A stretch of 55,807 nt of DNA from Syntrophomonadaceae bacterium (GCA_003563385.1 PWRZ01000180.1:1-55807), one strand, 5' to 3'. Positions 19,565-29,856 are shown, counted from the first letter of the stretch. Notes: a model not told the origin generated them from the sequence alone. Made by a program: numbers and translations.

Positions 19565-20776
19565 GTGATTAAAGAGGAGGAAAAGATGTTTATTATCAAT
19601 ACCTATAACCGCAGCCCGGAGCATACATTGTTGTTAGTAAGGGGCAAAGGTACGCTCGTTTACGACGATGAGGGCAACGAGTACCTTGATTTTGTAGGGG
19701 GACTGGCTGTCAATGCCCTGGGACATTCTCACCCGGACGTAATAAACGCTGCCTGGGAACAGATGAACAGGATCATGCACACCTCCAACCTCTACTACAC
19801 GGAACCGCAGGTTAAGCTGGCCAAATGCCTGGTCGAGAACTCGGCTGCCGGCAAGGTATTTTTCTGTAACAGCGGGGCGGAGGCTAACGAAGCGGCTATC
19901 AAGCTGGCCCGCAAGTATATGAAGCTGCAGGCGGGAAGGGGAAAATATGAAATTATTACCGCCTACAACTCGTTTCACGGGCGTACCCTGGCTACCATAA
20001 CGGCTACCGGCCAGCAGAAGTACCAGCATTATTTTGAACCGCTGCTGCCCGGTTTCCGCTACGCGGAGTTTAACAACCTGCAATCTTTTGCTTCCCAGGT
20101 TAACGAGCATACCTGCGCTATCATGGCGGAGCCTGTCCAGGGTGAGGGCGGTGTCCATGTAGCCACGGAGGAGTTCTTTTTGGGGCTTCGCCGGCTTTGT
20201 GACGATAATAATATTCTGCTGGTCCTGGACGAAGTGCAGTGCGGTATGGGGCGGACGGGGAAGCTGTTTGCTTACGAGCACTACGGCATAACTCCCGATA
20301 TTTTCACGCTGGCCAAGGCGCTGGGGGGCGGCCTTCCCATAGGGGCCATGCTCTGCTCAGACCGCGTTGCTTCTGGATTTGCACCCGGAGATCATGCTTC
20401 TACTTTTGGAGGAAATCCGGTGGCCTGCGCTGCCGCCCTGGCAGTTATGAATGCGCTGCTGCGGGAGAATTTCCTGAAAGAGGTGCAGGATAGGGGCCGC
20501 TATTTCAGGGAAAAGCTGGAGAAATTAAAAGCTGCTTATCCCGGTTTAATCAAGGAAATCAGGAGCAGGGGCATGATCGCGGGGGTCGATCTTGCTGCAG
20601 GGGCACAGGCCGGTGCACAGGCCGTTCAGAGAGAGTGCCTGCAAAAGGGCCTGCTCGTTAACTGCATCGGAGAGCGCACTTTGCGCTTTTTACCGCCCCT
20701 GAACGTGTCCAGCGAAGAAATAGACTCGGCTGTGGGGATTTTTGAAGAAGTACTGGTGGAAACAAAAAAGAATTAA
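19565..20776 (+). CDS. argD: Acetylornithine aminotransferase
   Basis: YLDFVGGLAVNALGH, NSGAEANEAAIK, SFHGRT, EPVQGEGG, DEVQCGMGRTG, AKALGGG; start uncertain (19547/19565/19586). Confidence 0.95.
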   Translation: MIKEEEKMFIINTYNRSPEHTLLLVRGKGTLVYDDEGNEYLDFVGGLAVNALGHSHPDVINAAWEQMNRIMHTSNLYYTEPQVKLAKCLVENSAAGKVFFCNSGAEANEAAIKLARKYMKLQAGRGKYEIITAYNSFHGRTLATITATGQQKYQHYFEPLLPGFRYAEFNNLQSFASQVNEHTCAIMAEPVQGEGGVHVATEEFFLGLRRLCDDNNILLVLDEVQCGMGRTGKLFAYEHYGITPDIFTLAKALGGGLPIGAMLCSDRVASGFAPGDHASTFGGNPVACAAALAVMNALLRENFLKEVQDRGRYFREKLEKLKAAYPGLIKEIRSRGMIAGVDLAAGAQAGAQAVQRECLQKGLLVNCIGERTLRFLPPLNVSSEEIDSAVGIFEEVLVETKKN

Positions 20777-20928
20777 ACCCGGTTCAGCGGTCACTTCAGT
20801 TGACAGTGCAGCATGTGGAAAGCTCTACCCGCTCTCCGGTCTTGTCGGGGAAGAAAATGCAGCGGGTTTGCTGCATTGCAGGCTGGGGTCTAAAGGACAG
20901 CTTTTGAACCGGTAACGGAGGAGAGACA

Positions 20929-21888
20929 TTGGACTGGAGAGTTGTTGAAAGAAGATTTTCCGATAACGAGGATAGCCCCACCATTCTCCTGGCAAACATG
21001 CACAACACCTTTGATATAATGTATAACCTCAAGAAAATGGAGGATGTTATCGAGTTGGCGCACAGGAATGATGTTAACATCGTTATATTCCCGGAGCTGT
21101 GTGTTACAGGATATGTTTGGGAAACTGAAAACAGGGGGGTCGTCAAGGAGCACCTCATGGAGGGGGAAAACAGCCGCATAGCTTCCTGGTTAAAGAACGT
21201 GAAGGACAGCTTAAGGACCGACGGCCGCGGCCTGGAGTATGTTATTTACGGCAATGTCAGGCTGAAAAACAATGACCTCTATAACTGCGTTTTTATTCTG
21301 GGCAAAGACATTGACTACAATGAAGAAGCGCTCATTTATGCAAAGGTATTTGTGCCCCGCAATGAACAATACTACTTTAAAACCGGTTCTGACAAAAGAA
21401 TGGCTATCGATACTAAGTGGGGGCGATTCGGCTTCTTAATCTGTTACGATATTTGTTTTGTAGAGCTGGCACGGCAGTATGCGTTTACAGACGAGGTGGA
21501 TGCCATTATTACGGTGGCTTCCTGGCGTTCCGAAGCGACCAGGGAGTACGCCGAGATGAACATTAAGACGGACCATTATTACGGGTTTATTTGGGATCTT
21601 ATGAATTCTTCAAAGGCTGCCTACAACCAGCTCTGGAGCCTTGGTGCCAATGCGGTGGGCACGCATGATGTCAGCGGTGACATTTTCTGGGGAGGAAGCG
21701 GCGTGTGGGCTCCTTCCGGGCTGCAGCTCTTGAGAGCTTCAAACATGAAGGAAGAGCTGCTCTTAATCAGGAACCTCGCTATAAAAGAACAGAGATACCT
21801 GGAGCGGGACCAGTTCGACTACCGCATCGATTTTCGAAATGTCTACCGCGAGCTGGAGGCCAAGTGTCACTGTGTCGAGCTCTCCTAG
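20929..21888 (+). CDS. Carbon-nitrogen hydrolase (nitrilase superfamily)
   Basis: Glu-Lys-Cys triad contexts IFPELCVTGY, YAKVF, GFLICYD; WGGSGVWAPSG; SD GGAGGAG before TTG. Confidence 0.88.
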   Translation: MDWRVVERRFSDNEDSPTILLANMHNTFDIMYNLKKMEDVIELAHRNDVNIVIFPELCVTGYVWETENRGVVKEHLMEGENSRIASWLKNVKDSLRTDGRGLEYVIYGNVRLKNNDLYNCVFILGKDIDYNEEALIYAKVFVPRNEQYYFKTGSDKRMAIDTKWGRFGFLICYDICFVELARQYAFTDEVDAIITVASWRSEATREYAEMNIKTDHYYGFIWDLMNSSKAAYNQLWSLGANAVGTHDVSGDIFWGGSGVWAPSGLQLLRASNMKEELLLIRNLAIKEQRYLERDQFDYRIDFRNVYRELEAKCHCVELS

Positions 21889-21974
21889 CGGGGATTGCTG
21901 CAGTTGCGTGAAAATGGCGGGAGAAGGCTGCCTTTTGCACTTCCGCCTGAAAATAGCTTGGGAGGTGCTCTAAA

Positions 21975-22916
21975 ATGGGCGGTTTGCGGGGAAGGCACTT
22001 TTTGACGCTGCAGGACTTTACACCGCGGGAAATTAAGGATATGCTCAGTTTAACGAGAGAGTTGAAGTCCAGGCAGAAAATAGAAGAGCCCCATCTCCTG
22101 CTGAAGGGCAAGACGCTGGCGATGATCTTTCAAAAGTCTTCAACCAGGACAAGGGTTTCTTTTGAAGTGGGAATGTGGCAGCTCGGTGGCTATGCCCTGT
22201 TTTTGAGCAGCCAGGACCTGCAGATGGGCAGGGGTGAACCGATAAAAGATACCGCCGCCGTCCTGTCGCGCTACGTGGACGGGATCATGATCCGCACTTT
22301 TGACCATGCCGAAGTGGAGGAGCTGGCCGCCCACTCAACCATACCGGTAATAAACGGCCTTACGGACCTCTATCACCCCTGCCAGGCACTTGGTGACCTG
22401 TTTACCATTCAAGAGAAGCTCGGCACCATGCAGGGGGTCAATGTTGCCTATGTCGGTGACGGAAACAATGTGGCCCACTCCCTGTTACTGGGGTGTTCAA
22501 AGATGGGGTTGAATATACGCGTAGCCTCACCGCCGGAATACCGGCCGCAGGAGGAAGTTGTTGTCCGGGCCATGGAAAACGCCTCCCTTTTGGGTGGCAG
22601 GGTGCTGGTCACAGCCGACCCTGCCGAAGCTGTCGCCGGGGCCGATGTTGTATATACGGATGTTTGGGCCAGTATGGGGCAGGAGGAAGAAAAAAATAAG
22701 AGGCGGGCGGTTTTTTCCGGCTACCAGGTTAACAGTAAGCTTGTTGGAAAGGCCGGGCCCGGCGCGCTGGTTATGCACTGTCTGCCGGCATACAGGGGAG
22801 AGGAGATTACCGCCGAAGTGCTGGAAAGTGAGCAGTCGGTAGTCCTGGACCAGGCTGAAAACAGGCTCCATGCCCAGAAGGCATTGATGGCCGTGCTAAT
22901 GGGCAATATTATTTGA
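21975..22916 (+). CDS. argF: Ornithine carbamoyltransferase
   Basis: SSTRTRVSFE, HPCQALGD, GDGNNV, YTDVWASMG, HCLP, QAENRLH. Confidence 0.97.
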   Translation: MGGLRGRHFLTLQDFTPREIKDMLSLTRELKSRQKIEEPHLLLKGKTLAMIFQKSSTRTRVSFEVGMWQLGGYALFLSSQDLQMGRGEPIKDTAAVLSRYVDGIMIRTFDHAEVEELAAHSTIPVINGLTDLYHPCQALGDLFTIQEKLGTMQGVNVAYVGDGNNVAHSLLLGCSKMGLNIRVASPPEYRPQEEVVVRAMENASLLGGRVLVTADPAEAVAGADVVYTDVWASMGQEEEKNKRRAVFSGYQVNSKLVGKAGPGALVMHCLPAYRGEEITAEVLESEQSVVLDQAENRLHAQKALMAVLMGNII

Positions 22917-22932
22917 GGGATGGTGATTTTAT

Positions 22933-24150
22933 ATGCCCAAAGTAGTCCTGGCTTACTCCGGGGGGCTTGATACTTCTGTAATATTAAGATGGCTTAAGGA
23001 AGAATACGGTTACGAGGTTATTGCCTTTGCCGCCGACCTGGGGCAGGGCCCCGATGAGCTGAAGGGGCTGGAGGAAAAAGCTCTTGCTACCGGTGCTTCC
23101 AGTGTCTATATACAGGATTTGCGAAAGACGTTCCTGGAGGAGTATGTTTTCCCTATGCTCAGGTCCGGGGCACTGTACGAACGAAAGTATCTCCTTGGAA
23201 CTTCCATCGCCAGGCCCCTCATAGCGCGCGGCATGGTGCAGGTAGCCCTAAAAGAAGGGGCCGAAGCTGTTGCCCACGGGGCTACGGGAAAAGGTAACGA
23301 CCAGGTACGCTTCGAGGTTACCGTCAAGGCCCTGGCGCCGGAGCTAAAAATTATTGCCCCTTGGCGGATATGGGAGATTCGTTCCCGTAAAGATGCCATC
23401 GACTACGCCCGGCGCTATGATATACCGGTTCCTGTTACGGTGGAAAAACCTTACAGCATGGATCGCAATATCTGGCATATCAGCTACGAGGGCGGTATTT
23501 TGGAGGATCCGCACCAGGAGCCGCCGGAGGATATGTTCTTGCTGACCAGATCCCCCGCGCAGGCGCCTGATGAGCCGGCGGTAGTGGAGATTTCATTTGA
23601 GAAGGGGGTGCCCGTGGCCCTTAACGGCACTGCCATGGACAGCGTCTCACTGCTCAATACTTTAAATGAGATTGCCGGCGAAAACGCCGTTGGAAGGGTT
23701 GACCTGGTAGAGAACCGTCTCGTGGGCATGAAATCGCGCGGCGTCTATGAAACACCCGGCGGCACGCTTCTTTACTTTGCCCACAGGGAGCTGGAGCAGC
23801 TTACACTGGACAGGGAGACGATGCGATTTAAAGAGGCCGTGGCCATTAAATACGGGGAAATTGTCTATTACGGTCTCTGGTATTCTCCGCTGCGCAGGGC
23901 GCTCGATGCCTTCATTGACAGCACGCAGGAGAAGGTCACCGGTGACATCGAGCTGAAACTTTACAGGGGTAATATAACCATCAGCGGTCGCCGTTCCCCT
24001 TACTCTCTCTACCATACGGGACTGGCCACCTTCGAGGAAGGCGAGCTTTATGACCAGAAGGATGCCGGCGGTTTTATAAATCTTTTCGGGTTGCCCCTGC
24101 AGGTAGAAGCTCTGCTGCGGGGAACCTGGAAAAGTGAACTGGAGAGTTGA
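22933..24150 (+). CDS. argG: Argininosuccinate synthase
   Basis: [40 protein letters not shown]. Confidence 0.98.
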   Translation: MPKVVLAYSGGLDTSVILRWLKEEYGYEVIAFAADLGQGPDELKGLEEKALATGASSVYIQDLRKTFLEEYVFPMLRSGALYERKYLLGTSIARPLIARGMVQVALKEGAEAVAHGATGKGNDQVRFEVTVKALAPELKIIAPWRIWEIRSRKDAIDYARRYDIPVPVTVEKPYSMDRNIWHISYEGGILEDPHQEPPEDMFLLTRSPAQAPDEPAVVEISFEKGVPVALNGTAMDSVSLLNTLNEIAGENAVGRVDLVENRLVGMKSRGVYETPGGTLLYFAHRELEQLTLDRETMRFKEAVAIKYGEIVYYGLWYSPLRRALDAFIDSTQEKVTGDIELKLYRGNITISGRRSPYSLYHTGLATFEEGELYDQKDAGGFINLFGLPLQVEALLRGTWKSELES

Positions 24151-24153
24151 AAA

Positions 24154-25632
24154 GTGAAGCAAAAAGGAAGAAGCGATAACAGCAGGCGCAGCAGCGGTAC
24201 ACCGGGCCGGGAACAGTCTTTTTCTCCCCTGTCTTCCCCTTGGGGGGGGCGGTTTTCGGAGGGTCCCAGTGAAGAAATCGCCCTTTTCACAGCTTCACTG
24301 CCTTTTGACTGCCGCCTGGCCCGGGAAGACATCCTTGGAAGCATCGCCCACTGCCGCATGCTGGCCAAAACAGGAATACTGGGCAAGCAGGAAAGCGAGC
24401 TCATTATCAAGGGCCTGCAGGAGATTGAAGAGGAGATTGCCGCCGGTCGTTTCCCTTACGATATTGCTTTTGAGGATATTCACATGAATATCGAGAAGAG
24501 GCTTATCGATAAAGTGGGCCCTGCCGGGGGTAAGCTGCACACCGCACGCAGCCGCAACGACCAGGTGGCCCTCGATATGCATATGTACGTTAAAAGGCAG
24601 ATCGGAGAAACGGATCGATTGATCGGGGCGCTGCAGGAGGTTATCTTGAAAATTGCCCGCGAGAACCTTGATGTGGTCATGCCCGGGTATACACATTTGC
24701 AGAGGGCCCAGCCGGTCCTTTTCTCCCACCACCTGCTGGCCTACTTCTGGATGCTGCAGAGGGACAGGGAGCGCTACCGCGACGCCTGTAAAAGGGCCGA
24801 CATGATGCCGCTGGGGGCCGGTGCACTAAGCGGGACCGGCTTCCCCATTGACCGCGAGGAAACAGCCGGGGAGCTGGGCTTTGGCCGGCTTTATGAAAAC
24901 AGCATCGATGCGGTAAGCGACCGCGATTTTGTGCTGGAATTTTTAAGCTGCTCCGCCCTGCTGTTGATGCATTTGAGCCGCCTGAGCGAGGAACTGGTCC
25001 TGTGGTCATCGGAGGAGTTTTCATTCCTGGAGATGGGGGATGCTTTTACCACCGGCAGCAGCATGATGCCCCAGAAGAAGAACCCCGATGTGGCCGAACT
25101 GGTCCGTGCCAAAACAGGGAGGGTTTACGGCAACCTGGTATCCCTGCTGACGGTGATGAAGGGACTTCCGCTTGCCTATAACAAGGATATGCAGGAAGAT
25201 AAGGAGCCGCTGTTTGATACAGTCGATACTGTGAAAGCGGTACTTTCCATTTATACCGAACTGTTGGGCAGCATAGAAATAAAAAAGGAGAACATTAAAG
25301 CGGTGCTGGAAAACGATTTTTCAACGGCGACGGAGCTGGCCGATTACCTCGCTTCCAGGAATGTCCCTTTTAGGGAAGCCCATCACGCCGTGGGGAAACT
25401 GATCCGCTACTGCCTGGAAAAAGGGAAACCGCTGAAAGAGCTTACCGCCGGCGAGCTGGAGGCTTTTCACCCCCTTCTTGCCGGAGAGGAAGCGCTTAAA
25501 AGGCTTGATTATTATGAGGCGGTAAAGGTGAAAAAATGTCGGGGCGGTACCGCTCCGGAGGCTGTAAAAGAGCAGCTTTTGGCAGCAGAACAGTGTTTAG
25601 AAGCAGGAAATAATTTTATTATCAAGAAATAA
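24154..25632 (+). CDS. argH: Argininosuccinate lyase
   Basis: WGGRF, LHTARSRNDQV, PGYTHLQRAQP, TGSSMMPQKKNPD, YNKDMQEDKE. Confidence 0.97.
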   Translation: MKQKGRSDNSRRSSGTPGREQSFSPLSSPWGGRFSEGPSEEIALFTASLPFDCRLAREDILGSIAHCRMLAKTGILGKQESELIIKGLQEIEEEIAAGRFPYDIAFEDIHMNIEKRLIDKVGPAGGKLHTARSRNDQVALDMHMYVKRQIGETDRLIGALQEVILKIARENLDVVMPGYTHLQRAQPVLFSHHLLAYFWMLQRDRERYRDACKRADMMPLGAGALSGTGFPIDREETAGELGFGRLYENSIDAVSDRDFVLEFLSCSALLLMHLSRLSEELVLWSSEEFSFLEMGDAFTTGSSMMPQKKNPDVAELVRAKTGRVYGNLVSLLTVMKGLPLAYNKDMQEDKEPLFDTVDTVKAVLSIYTELLGSIEIKKENIKAVLENDFSTATELADYLASRNVPFREAHHAVGKLIRYCLEKGKPLKELTAGELEAFHPLLAGEEALKRLDYYEAVKVKKCRGGTAPEAVKEQLLAAEQCLEAGNNFIIKK

Positions 25633-25730
25633 GACTATAGTAATGTGTTATTATGCAGCGCAGGGCATTGATTCTAAGCTGCCGGAAAGGAGGTTCCCGG
25701 CCTTACAGTTTCAGGATGCCGGTAAAAGAG

Positions 25731-26588
25731 ATGTTTAAGAAAGTATTAATGGCCATAGATGCATCTTCAGTGGCAATGGAGTTGTTCAACTGCATACCGG
25801 ACCTGAGGACGATGGGCATGGAGGAGCTGCTCATAGTGCATGTTGTCCCGGCGGAAGAGCTGTACGACAAGGGCATCAATAAATACAGGCCCCGCTTTCA
25901 AAAACTGGTCAAAGGAAAGGTTGACACTTTAATAGAGGAGGGTATTACGGCACGTTTTTTGATCGAGAAAGGGCACCCCCCCCCCAGACGAATTGTTCAA
26001 CTGGCTGAAGAAGAAGACGTGGACCTGATCCTGATCGGCTCTGTCGGCGAAAGCATTATCCGCGAAATACTGGTGGGCAGCACTACCAGGGAAGTGGTAC
26101 GCCTGTCCAAGCAGCCCGTCCTGGTGGAGAAGTTCATTACTCTGGGGATGGGCACACCGTACATACCAATGTTCTCGAAAGAACGGTCTTCCATATTACT
26201 GCCCACCGATTTCTCGGAAGCGTCCGAGGTAGTCTACAATAAATTTTTGGAACATGCCGAGAGGCTGCGCCGTGTGATACTGATGCATGTGATACAGGTT
26301 GTAGAGGAATCCTATATCCCTGATGACCTGAAGAAGAAGAAAGAAAAGGCGGAACACTACCTGAAGAGCTGGCAGCAAAAATTCACCCAAAAAGGGGTCA
26401 GGGCCGACATTAAACTCCTGGAAGGGGTTCCCTCCAAGCAGATCATAGAGGTTTCCGAGTACGAGGGTGCCACCCTTATTGCCATGCCCACATGGGGGCT
26501 GGGAGGGGCCTTTACCAGCTTTATTGTTGGAAGTACAGCTGACGCGGTGGTCCGCAATTCGAGCCGTTCCATTCTCTTTATCAAGTAA
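25731..26588 (+). CDS. Tandem-domain universal stress protein
   Basis: Two USP domains: FKKVLMAID...LVGSTTREVVR and ILLPTDFSEAS...IVGSTADAVVR; start uncertain. Confidence 0.88.
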   Translation: MFKKVLMAIDASSVAMELFNCIPDLRTMGMEELLIVHVVPAEELYDKGINKYRPRFQKLVKGKVDTLIEEGITARFLIEKGHPPPRRIVQLAEEEDVDLILIGSVGESIIREILVGSTTREVVRLSKQPVLVEKFITLGMGTPYIPMFSKERSSILLPTDFSEASEVVYNKFLEHAERLRRVILMHVIQVVEESYIPDDLKKKKEKAEHYLKSWQQKFTQKGVRADIKLLEGVPSKQIIEVSEYEGATLIAMPTWGLGGAFTSFIVGSTADAVVRNSSRSILFIK

Positions 26589-26703
26589 CAGCAGGGCACC
26601 GCAGTTCGGGTCTTACAGCGACCTATCATTTTTACGGTTGCTTTTTTTATTGCGGAAGGGGTATAATTAACCAGGACTTCTTTTTATGAGAAGAGCAGGG
26701 AAA

Positions 26704-27234
26704 ATGAGTAACTCTGAAAGGTCTGCCCGTAAACATATTCCATCTCCGCGCGATGCTGGCAGTGCGATCTCTTCCCTGAAAGCGTCAATGGAAGAAATGG
26801 AAAGCATTGTCGCGGAGATTCGCAAGCACAAAAAGCTGCTCGATTACGACGACAGGGCCGAGATGTTGTTTCGAATGGGCAGTTACCTCTATGAATTTTA
26901 CGTGGCCGTAGAAGAGGGGCTGCTGGCCGCGGCCCGGCATTTGAACAGGTGGGTGCCTTACAGCCTGGACTGGCATGAACTGCTGCTTAGAATAATGCAG
27001 AAACCGCTGGGAGAGTTTGGGATGCCGGTACTTTCTCCCCCGACGGCGGCCAGGCTGGAGAAGTACCTTTATTTTTACCTTGCTTTTCCCAACACCTGTA
27101 CAGCTCTTTCCCCGGCAAAGGTGAAGGAGCTTGTCGGGGACCTGGAGACGGTCCACGGGCTGCTGCAGAGTGATTTTCAGGGATTACAGCGGATCCTGGA
27201 AGGACTCCACGGGCAGCGCAGAGGGGGTATATGA
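26704..27234 (+). CDS. HepT-like (HEPN) domain protein with degenerate active site
   Basis: GSYLYEFYVAVEE...DWHELLLRIM...PVLSPPTAARLEKYLYF resembles HepT-like ribonucleases (LHxFYxxxE...WHxxLLxxM...FRH), but the FRH region reads FYLAF; recognition by eye. Confidence 0.55.
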   Translation: MSNSERSARKHIPSPRDAGSAISSLKASMEEMESIVAEIRKHKKLLDYDDRAEMLFRMGSYLYEFYVAVEEGLLAAARHLNRWVPYSLDWHELLLRIMQKPLGEFGMPVLSPPTAARLEKYLYFYLAFPNTCTALSPAKVKELVGDLETVHGLLQSDFQGLQRILEGLHGQRRGGI

Positions 27235-27235
27235 T

Positions 27236-27460
27236 GTGAGCAAAATAGTTATAAAAGAGGAAATATGCAAAGGCTGCCGGTACTGCATGCTTGCCTGCCC
27301 CCGGGAGCTGATTCATATAAACGAGGATACCATAAACAACCTGGGCTACAACCCGGCTCATTATGTCGAAAACCAGCAGTCGCCGTGCACGGGTTGTGCT
27401 CTTTGTGCCGAAATCTGTCCCGATGTGCTTATCGAGGTCTACCGGGATAAAAAGAGGTGA
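27236..27460 (+). CDS. 2x[4Fe-4S] ferredoxin-like delta subunit of 2-oxoacid:ferredoxin oxidoreductase
   Basis: CKGCRYCMLACP and CTGCALCAEICPD; GTG start 8 nt after GAGGGGG. Confidence 0.92.
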   Translation: MSKIVIKEEICKGCRYCMLACPRELIHINEDTINNLGYNPAHYVENQQSPCTGCALCAEICPDVLIEVYRDKKR

Positions 27461-27472
27461 TTAAAAAAGAAA

Positions 27473-28552
27473 ATGGTGGAACGTAAATTGCTGCAGGGAT
27501 GTGTCGCACTTGCAGAAGGGGCTATTGCCGCCGGCTGCAGGTACTATTTTGGCTATCCTATAACGCCGCAGAATGATATACCGGAGTATCTCTCTGGAAG
27601 GCTTCCCCAGGTTGGGGGGGTATTTATACAGGCTGAAAGTGAAATAGCCTCCATTAACATGCTGCTGGGAGCATCCGCTGCCGGTGCAAGGGCAATGACT
27701 TCCTCGTCCGGCCCCGGGATTTCCCTGATGCAGGAGGGCCTTTCCTATATGGCCGGTTCAGAGCTGCCGGGACTGGTGGTAAATATAACCAGGATCGGCC
27801 CCGGCCTGGGGGGGATCGCCTCCTCGCAGGGTGACTACTGGCAGGCCACCAGGGGCGGCGGCCACGGGGATTACCGGCTCATAGTACTGGCGCCCAATTC
27901 GGTCCAGGAAATGTATGACCTGACCATTAAGGCATTTTACCTTTCTGACAAATACCGCAATCCGGCCATGATTCTCGCCGATGCCATTCTCGGGCAGATG
28001 AAAGAGCCGGTGCGCTTAAAGAAGCCTCCCGTAGAAATACCGCATAAGCCGTGGGCCCTTACCGGGGCCAGCGGGAGAAAAGCGCAGATTATAAAGTCAC
28101 TTTACCTCGGCGACGGGGAAATGGAGGAGCATAACTGGCACCTGTACGAAAAGTACGAACAGCTGCAGCGCCGTGACACCCTGGTAGAAATAGATGTCGA
28201 TGACAATGCCGATATTCTCCTTATCTCTTTTGGTTCCTGTTCCCGGATGGTCCAGTCCGCTGTCGGAATGGCCAGGTCGCGTGGGTTGAAGGTCGGTTTT
28301 GTCCGTCCCATTACCCTTTTCCCCTTCCCGCACGATACCATCAGGGAGCTCTCCAGGGAAGTGGGCAGGGTGCTGACCGTGGAGATGAACACGGGGCAGA
28401 TGTGGGATGATGTCAGGCTTTCCCTCCACCCGGGATGCCGTGCGTCGCTGCTTGCCCGTCCGGGAGGGGGCATACCGTCTCCGGCCCAGATACTGTCGAA
28501 GATGGAAAAGTTACTGAAGGCGGGGGATAAAGTTGCAGAAGGTATTTGCTAG
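27473..28552 (+). CDS. 2-oxoacid:ferredoxin oxidoreductase alpha subunit (VorB/KorA type)
   Basis: FGYPITPQ, QAESEIAS, TSSSGPG, GGGHGDY, VEMNTGQM. Confidence 0.9.
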   Translation: MVERKLLQGCVALAEGAIAAGCRYYFGYPITPQNDIPEYLSGRLPQVGGVFIQAESEIASINMLLGASAAGARAMTSSSGPGISLMQEGLSYMAGSELPGLVVNITRIGPGLGGIASSQGDYWQATRGGGHGDYRLIVLAPNSVQEMYDLTIKAFYLSDKYRNPAMILADAILGQMKEPVRLKKPPVEIPHKPWALTGASGRKAQIIKSLYLGDGEMEEHNWHLYEKYEQLQRRDTLVEIDVDDNADILLISFGSCSRMVQSAVGMARSRGLKVGFVRPITLFPFPHDTIRELSREVGRVLTVEMNTGQMWDDVRLSLHPGCRASLLARPGGGIPSPAQILSKMEKLLKAGDKVAEGIC

Positions 28553-29279
28553 GCCGCAGTCTATGCTGGAGACGACCTCTCATTTTTGTCCCGGCTGTCA
28601 TCACGGCACCGTCCACCGCCTCCTGTGCGAGGCCATCGACCACTACGGTATCAGAGAGAATACAGTTGGCGTGCCGGGAGTGGGCTGCGGTGTATTTCTA
28701 TACGATTACATTGATATAGACGTCTGCGAGGCCCCCCACGGCAGGGCCCCGGCGGTGGCAACGGGGATGAAGAGAGTTGCCCCGGAGAATTTCATTTTTA
28801 CTTACCAGGGAGACGGCGACCTGGGGGCGATCGGTTTTTCAGAGGTGGTACATACTGCCAACAGGGGGGAGAATATTACCGTTATCTTTGTTAACAACAG
28901 CGTATACGGTATGACCGGGGGGCAGATGGCCCCAACGACCCTCCTGGGCCAGCGTACCACTACCTCTCCCCGCGGAAGGGACCTGCGCAATGACGGCTAT
29001 CCCCTGCGCATGACCGAAATGCTGGCTGCGCTGGAAGGGGTGGTCTTTGCGGCGAGGGTTTCCCTGCACACGGCCGCCCATGTCAAAAAAGCACGTAAGG
29101 CCGTTATGAAAGCTTTCCATACTCAGCTGGAGGGCACCGGGTTTTCCTTCATTGAATTTATCAGTGCGTGCCCTACCAACTGGAATCTTTCTTCACAAGA
29201 ATCGGTCAATAGAATTGAAAAAGAAATTATTCCTTATTATAAGACGGGTATCTTCAAGGAAAAAGACGGGGGGGGTTAG
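28533..29279 (+). CDS. 2-oxoacid:ferredoxin oxidoreductase beta (TPP-binding) subunit
   Basis: FCPGCHHG, HGRAPAVATG, YQGDGD..NNSVYGMTGGQMAPTT, CPTNW. Confidence 0.92.
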   Translation: MQKVFARPQSMLETTSHFCPGCHHGTVHRLLCEAIDHYGIRENTVGVPGVGCGVFLYDYIDIDVCEAPHGRAPAVATGMKRVAPENFIFTYQGDGDLGAIGFSEVVHTANRGENITVIFVNNSVYGMTGGQMAPTTLLGQRTTTSPRGRDLRNDGYPLRMTEMLAALEGVVFAARVSLHTAAHVKKARKAVMKAFHTQLEGTGFSFIEFISACPTNWNLSSQESVNRIEKEIIPYYKTGIFKEKDGGG

Positions 29280-29283
29280 ACAG

Positions 29284-29856
29284 ATGTATTACGATATAAT
29301 TCTTTCCGGGTTTGGAGGGCAGGGCATACTGCTGACGGGAGACCTGCTTGCCAGCGCCGCCATGCTGGAAGACAAACATGTTACCTGGATGCCTTCCTAC
29401 GGGGTGGAAATGAGAGGAGGCGCAGCCAGCTGCACGGTGGTAGTTTCCTCCACAAGAATCGGCTCCCCGATCAGCGAAAAAATCCAGGGACTGATAAGCA
29501 TGAGCAAACCGTCTCTTCTTAAATACCAGGGAAGGATAAGAAGCGGCGGCCTGCTGGTATTAAATACTTCCTTTGCAGATCCGGACCTGGTTGAGAGGGA
29601 AGATATAACAAAAATATGTTTGCCGGCCAGTGAGATAGCTTACCAGGAAGTAGGCGAGTACAAAATGGCCAACATGGTGGTTTTGGGAGCTTTTGCCGCG
29701 CACAGCGGGGTTGTGTCCCTGGAAAAGCTGGAAGAGGCGGCAGAGGTTTTGCTGACGGGCAGGAAAAAAAAGCTCGTTCCCGTGGTGAAAAAGGCCCTTA
29801 ACTGCGGCGGTAGTTATAAAAAATATGTCCGCGCGGTGCAGCCGGTTAAGGGTTAA
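29284..29856 (+). CDS. 2-oxoacid:ferredoxin oxidoreductase gamma subunit
   Basis: SGFGGQG, PSYGVEMRGG, ANMVVLGA; true start likely ATG 29284. Confidence 0.92.
   Translation: MYYDIILSGFGGQGILLTGDLLASAAMLEDKHVTWMPSYGVEMRGGAASCTVVVSSTRIGSPISEKIQGLISMSKPSLLKYQGRIRSGGLLVLNTSFADPDLVEREDITKICLPASEIAYQEVGEYKMANMVVLGAFAAHSGVVSLEKLEEAAEVLLTGRKKKLVPVVKKALNCGGSYKKYVRAVQPVKG

Noticed and set aside
25976-25985. C10 tract in the USP gene (also G9 at 7265-7273, G8 in argH and at 29268-29275) as phase-variation sites
   Set aside because: All are in frame and encode Pro/Gly in intact genes; no length variation can be seen from one sequence.
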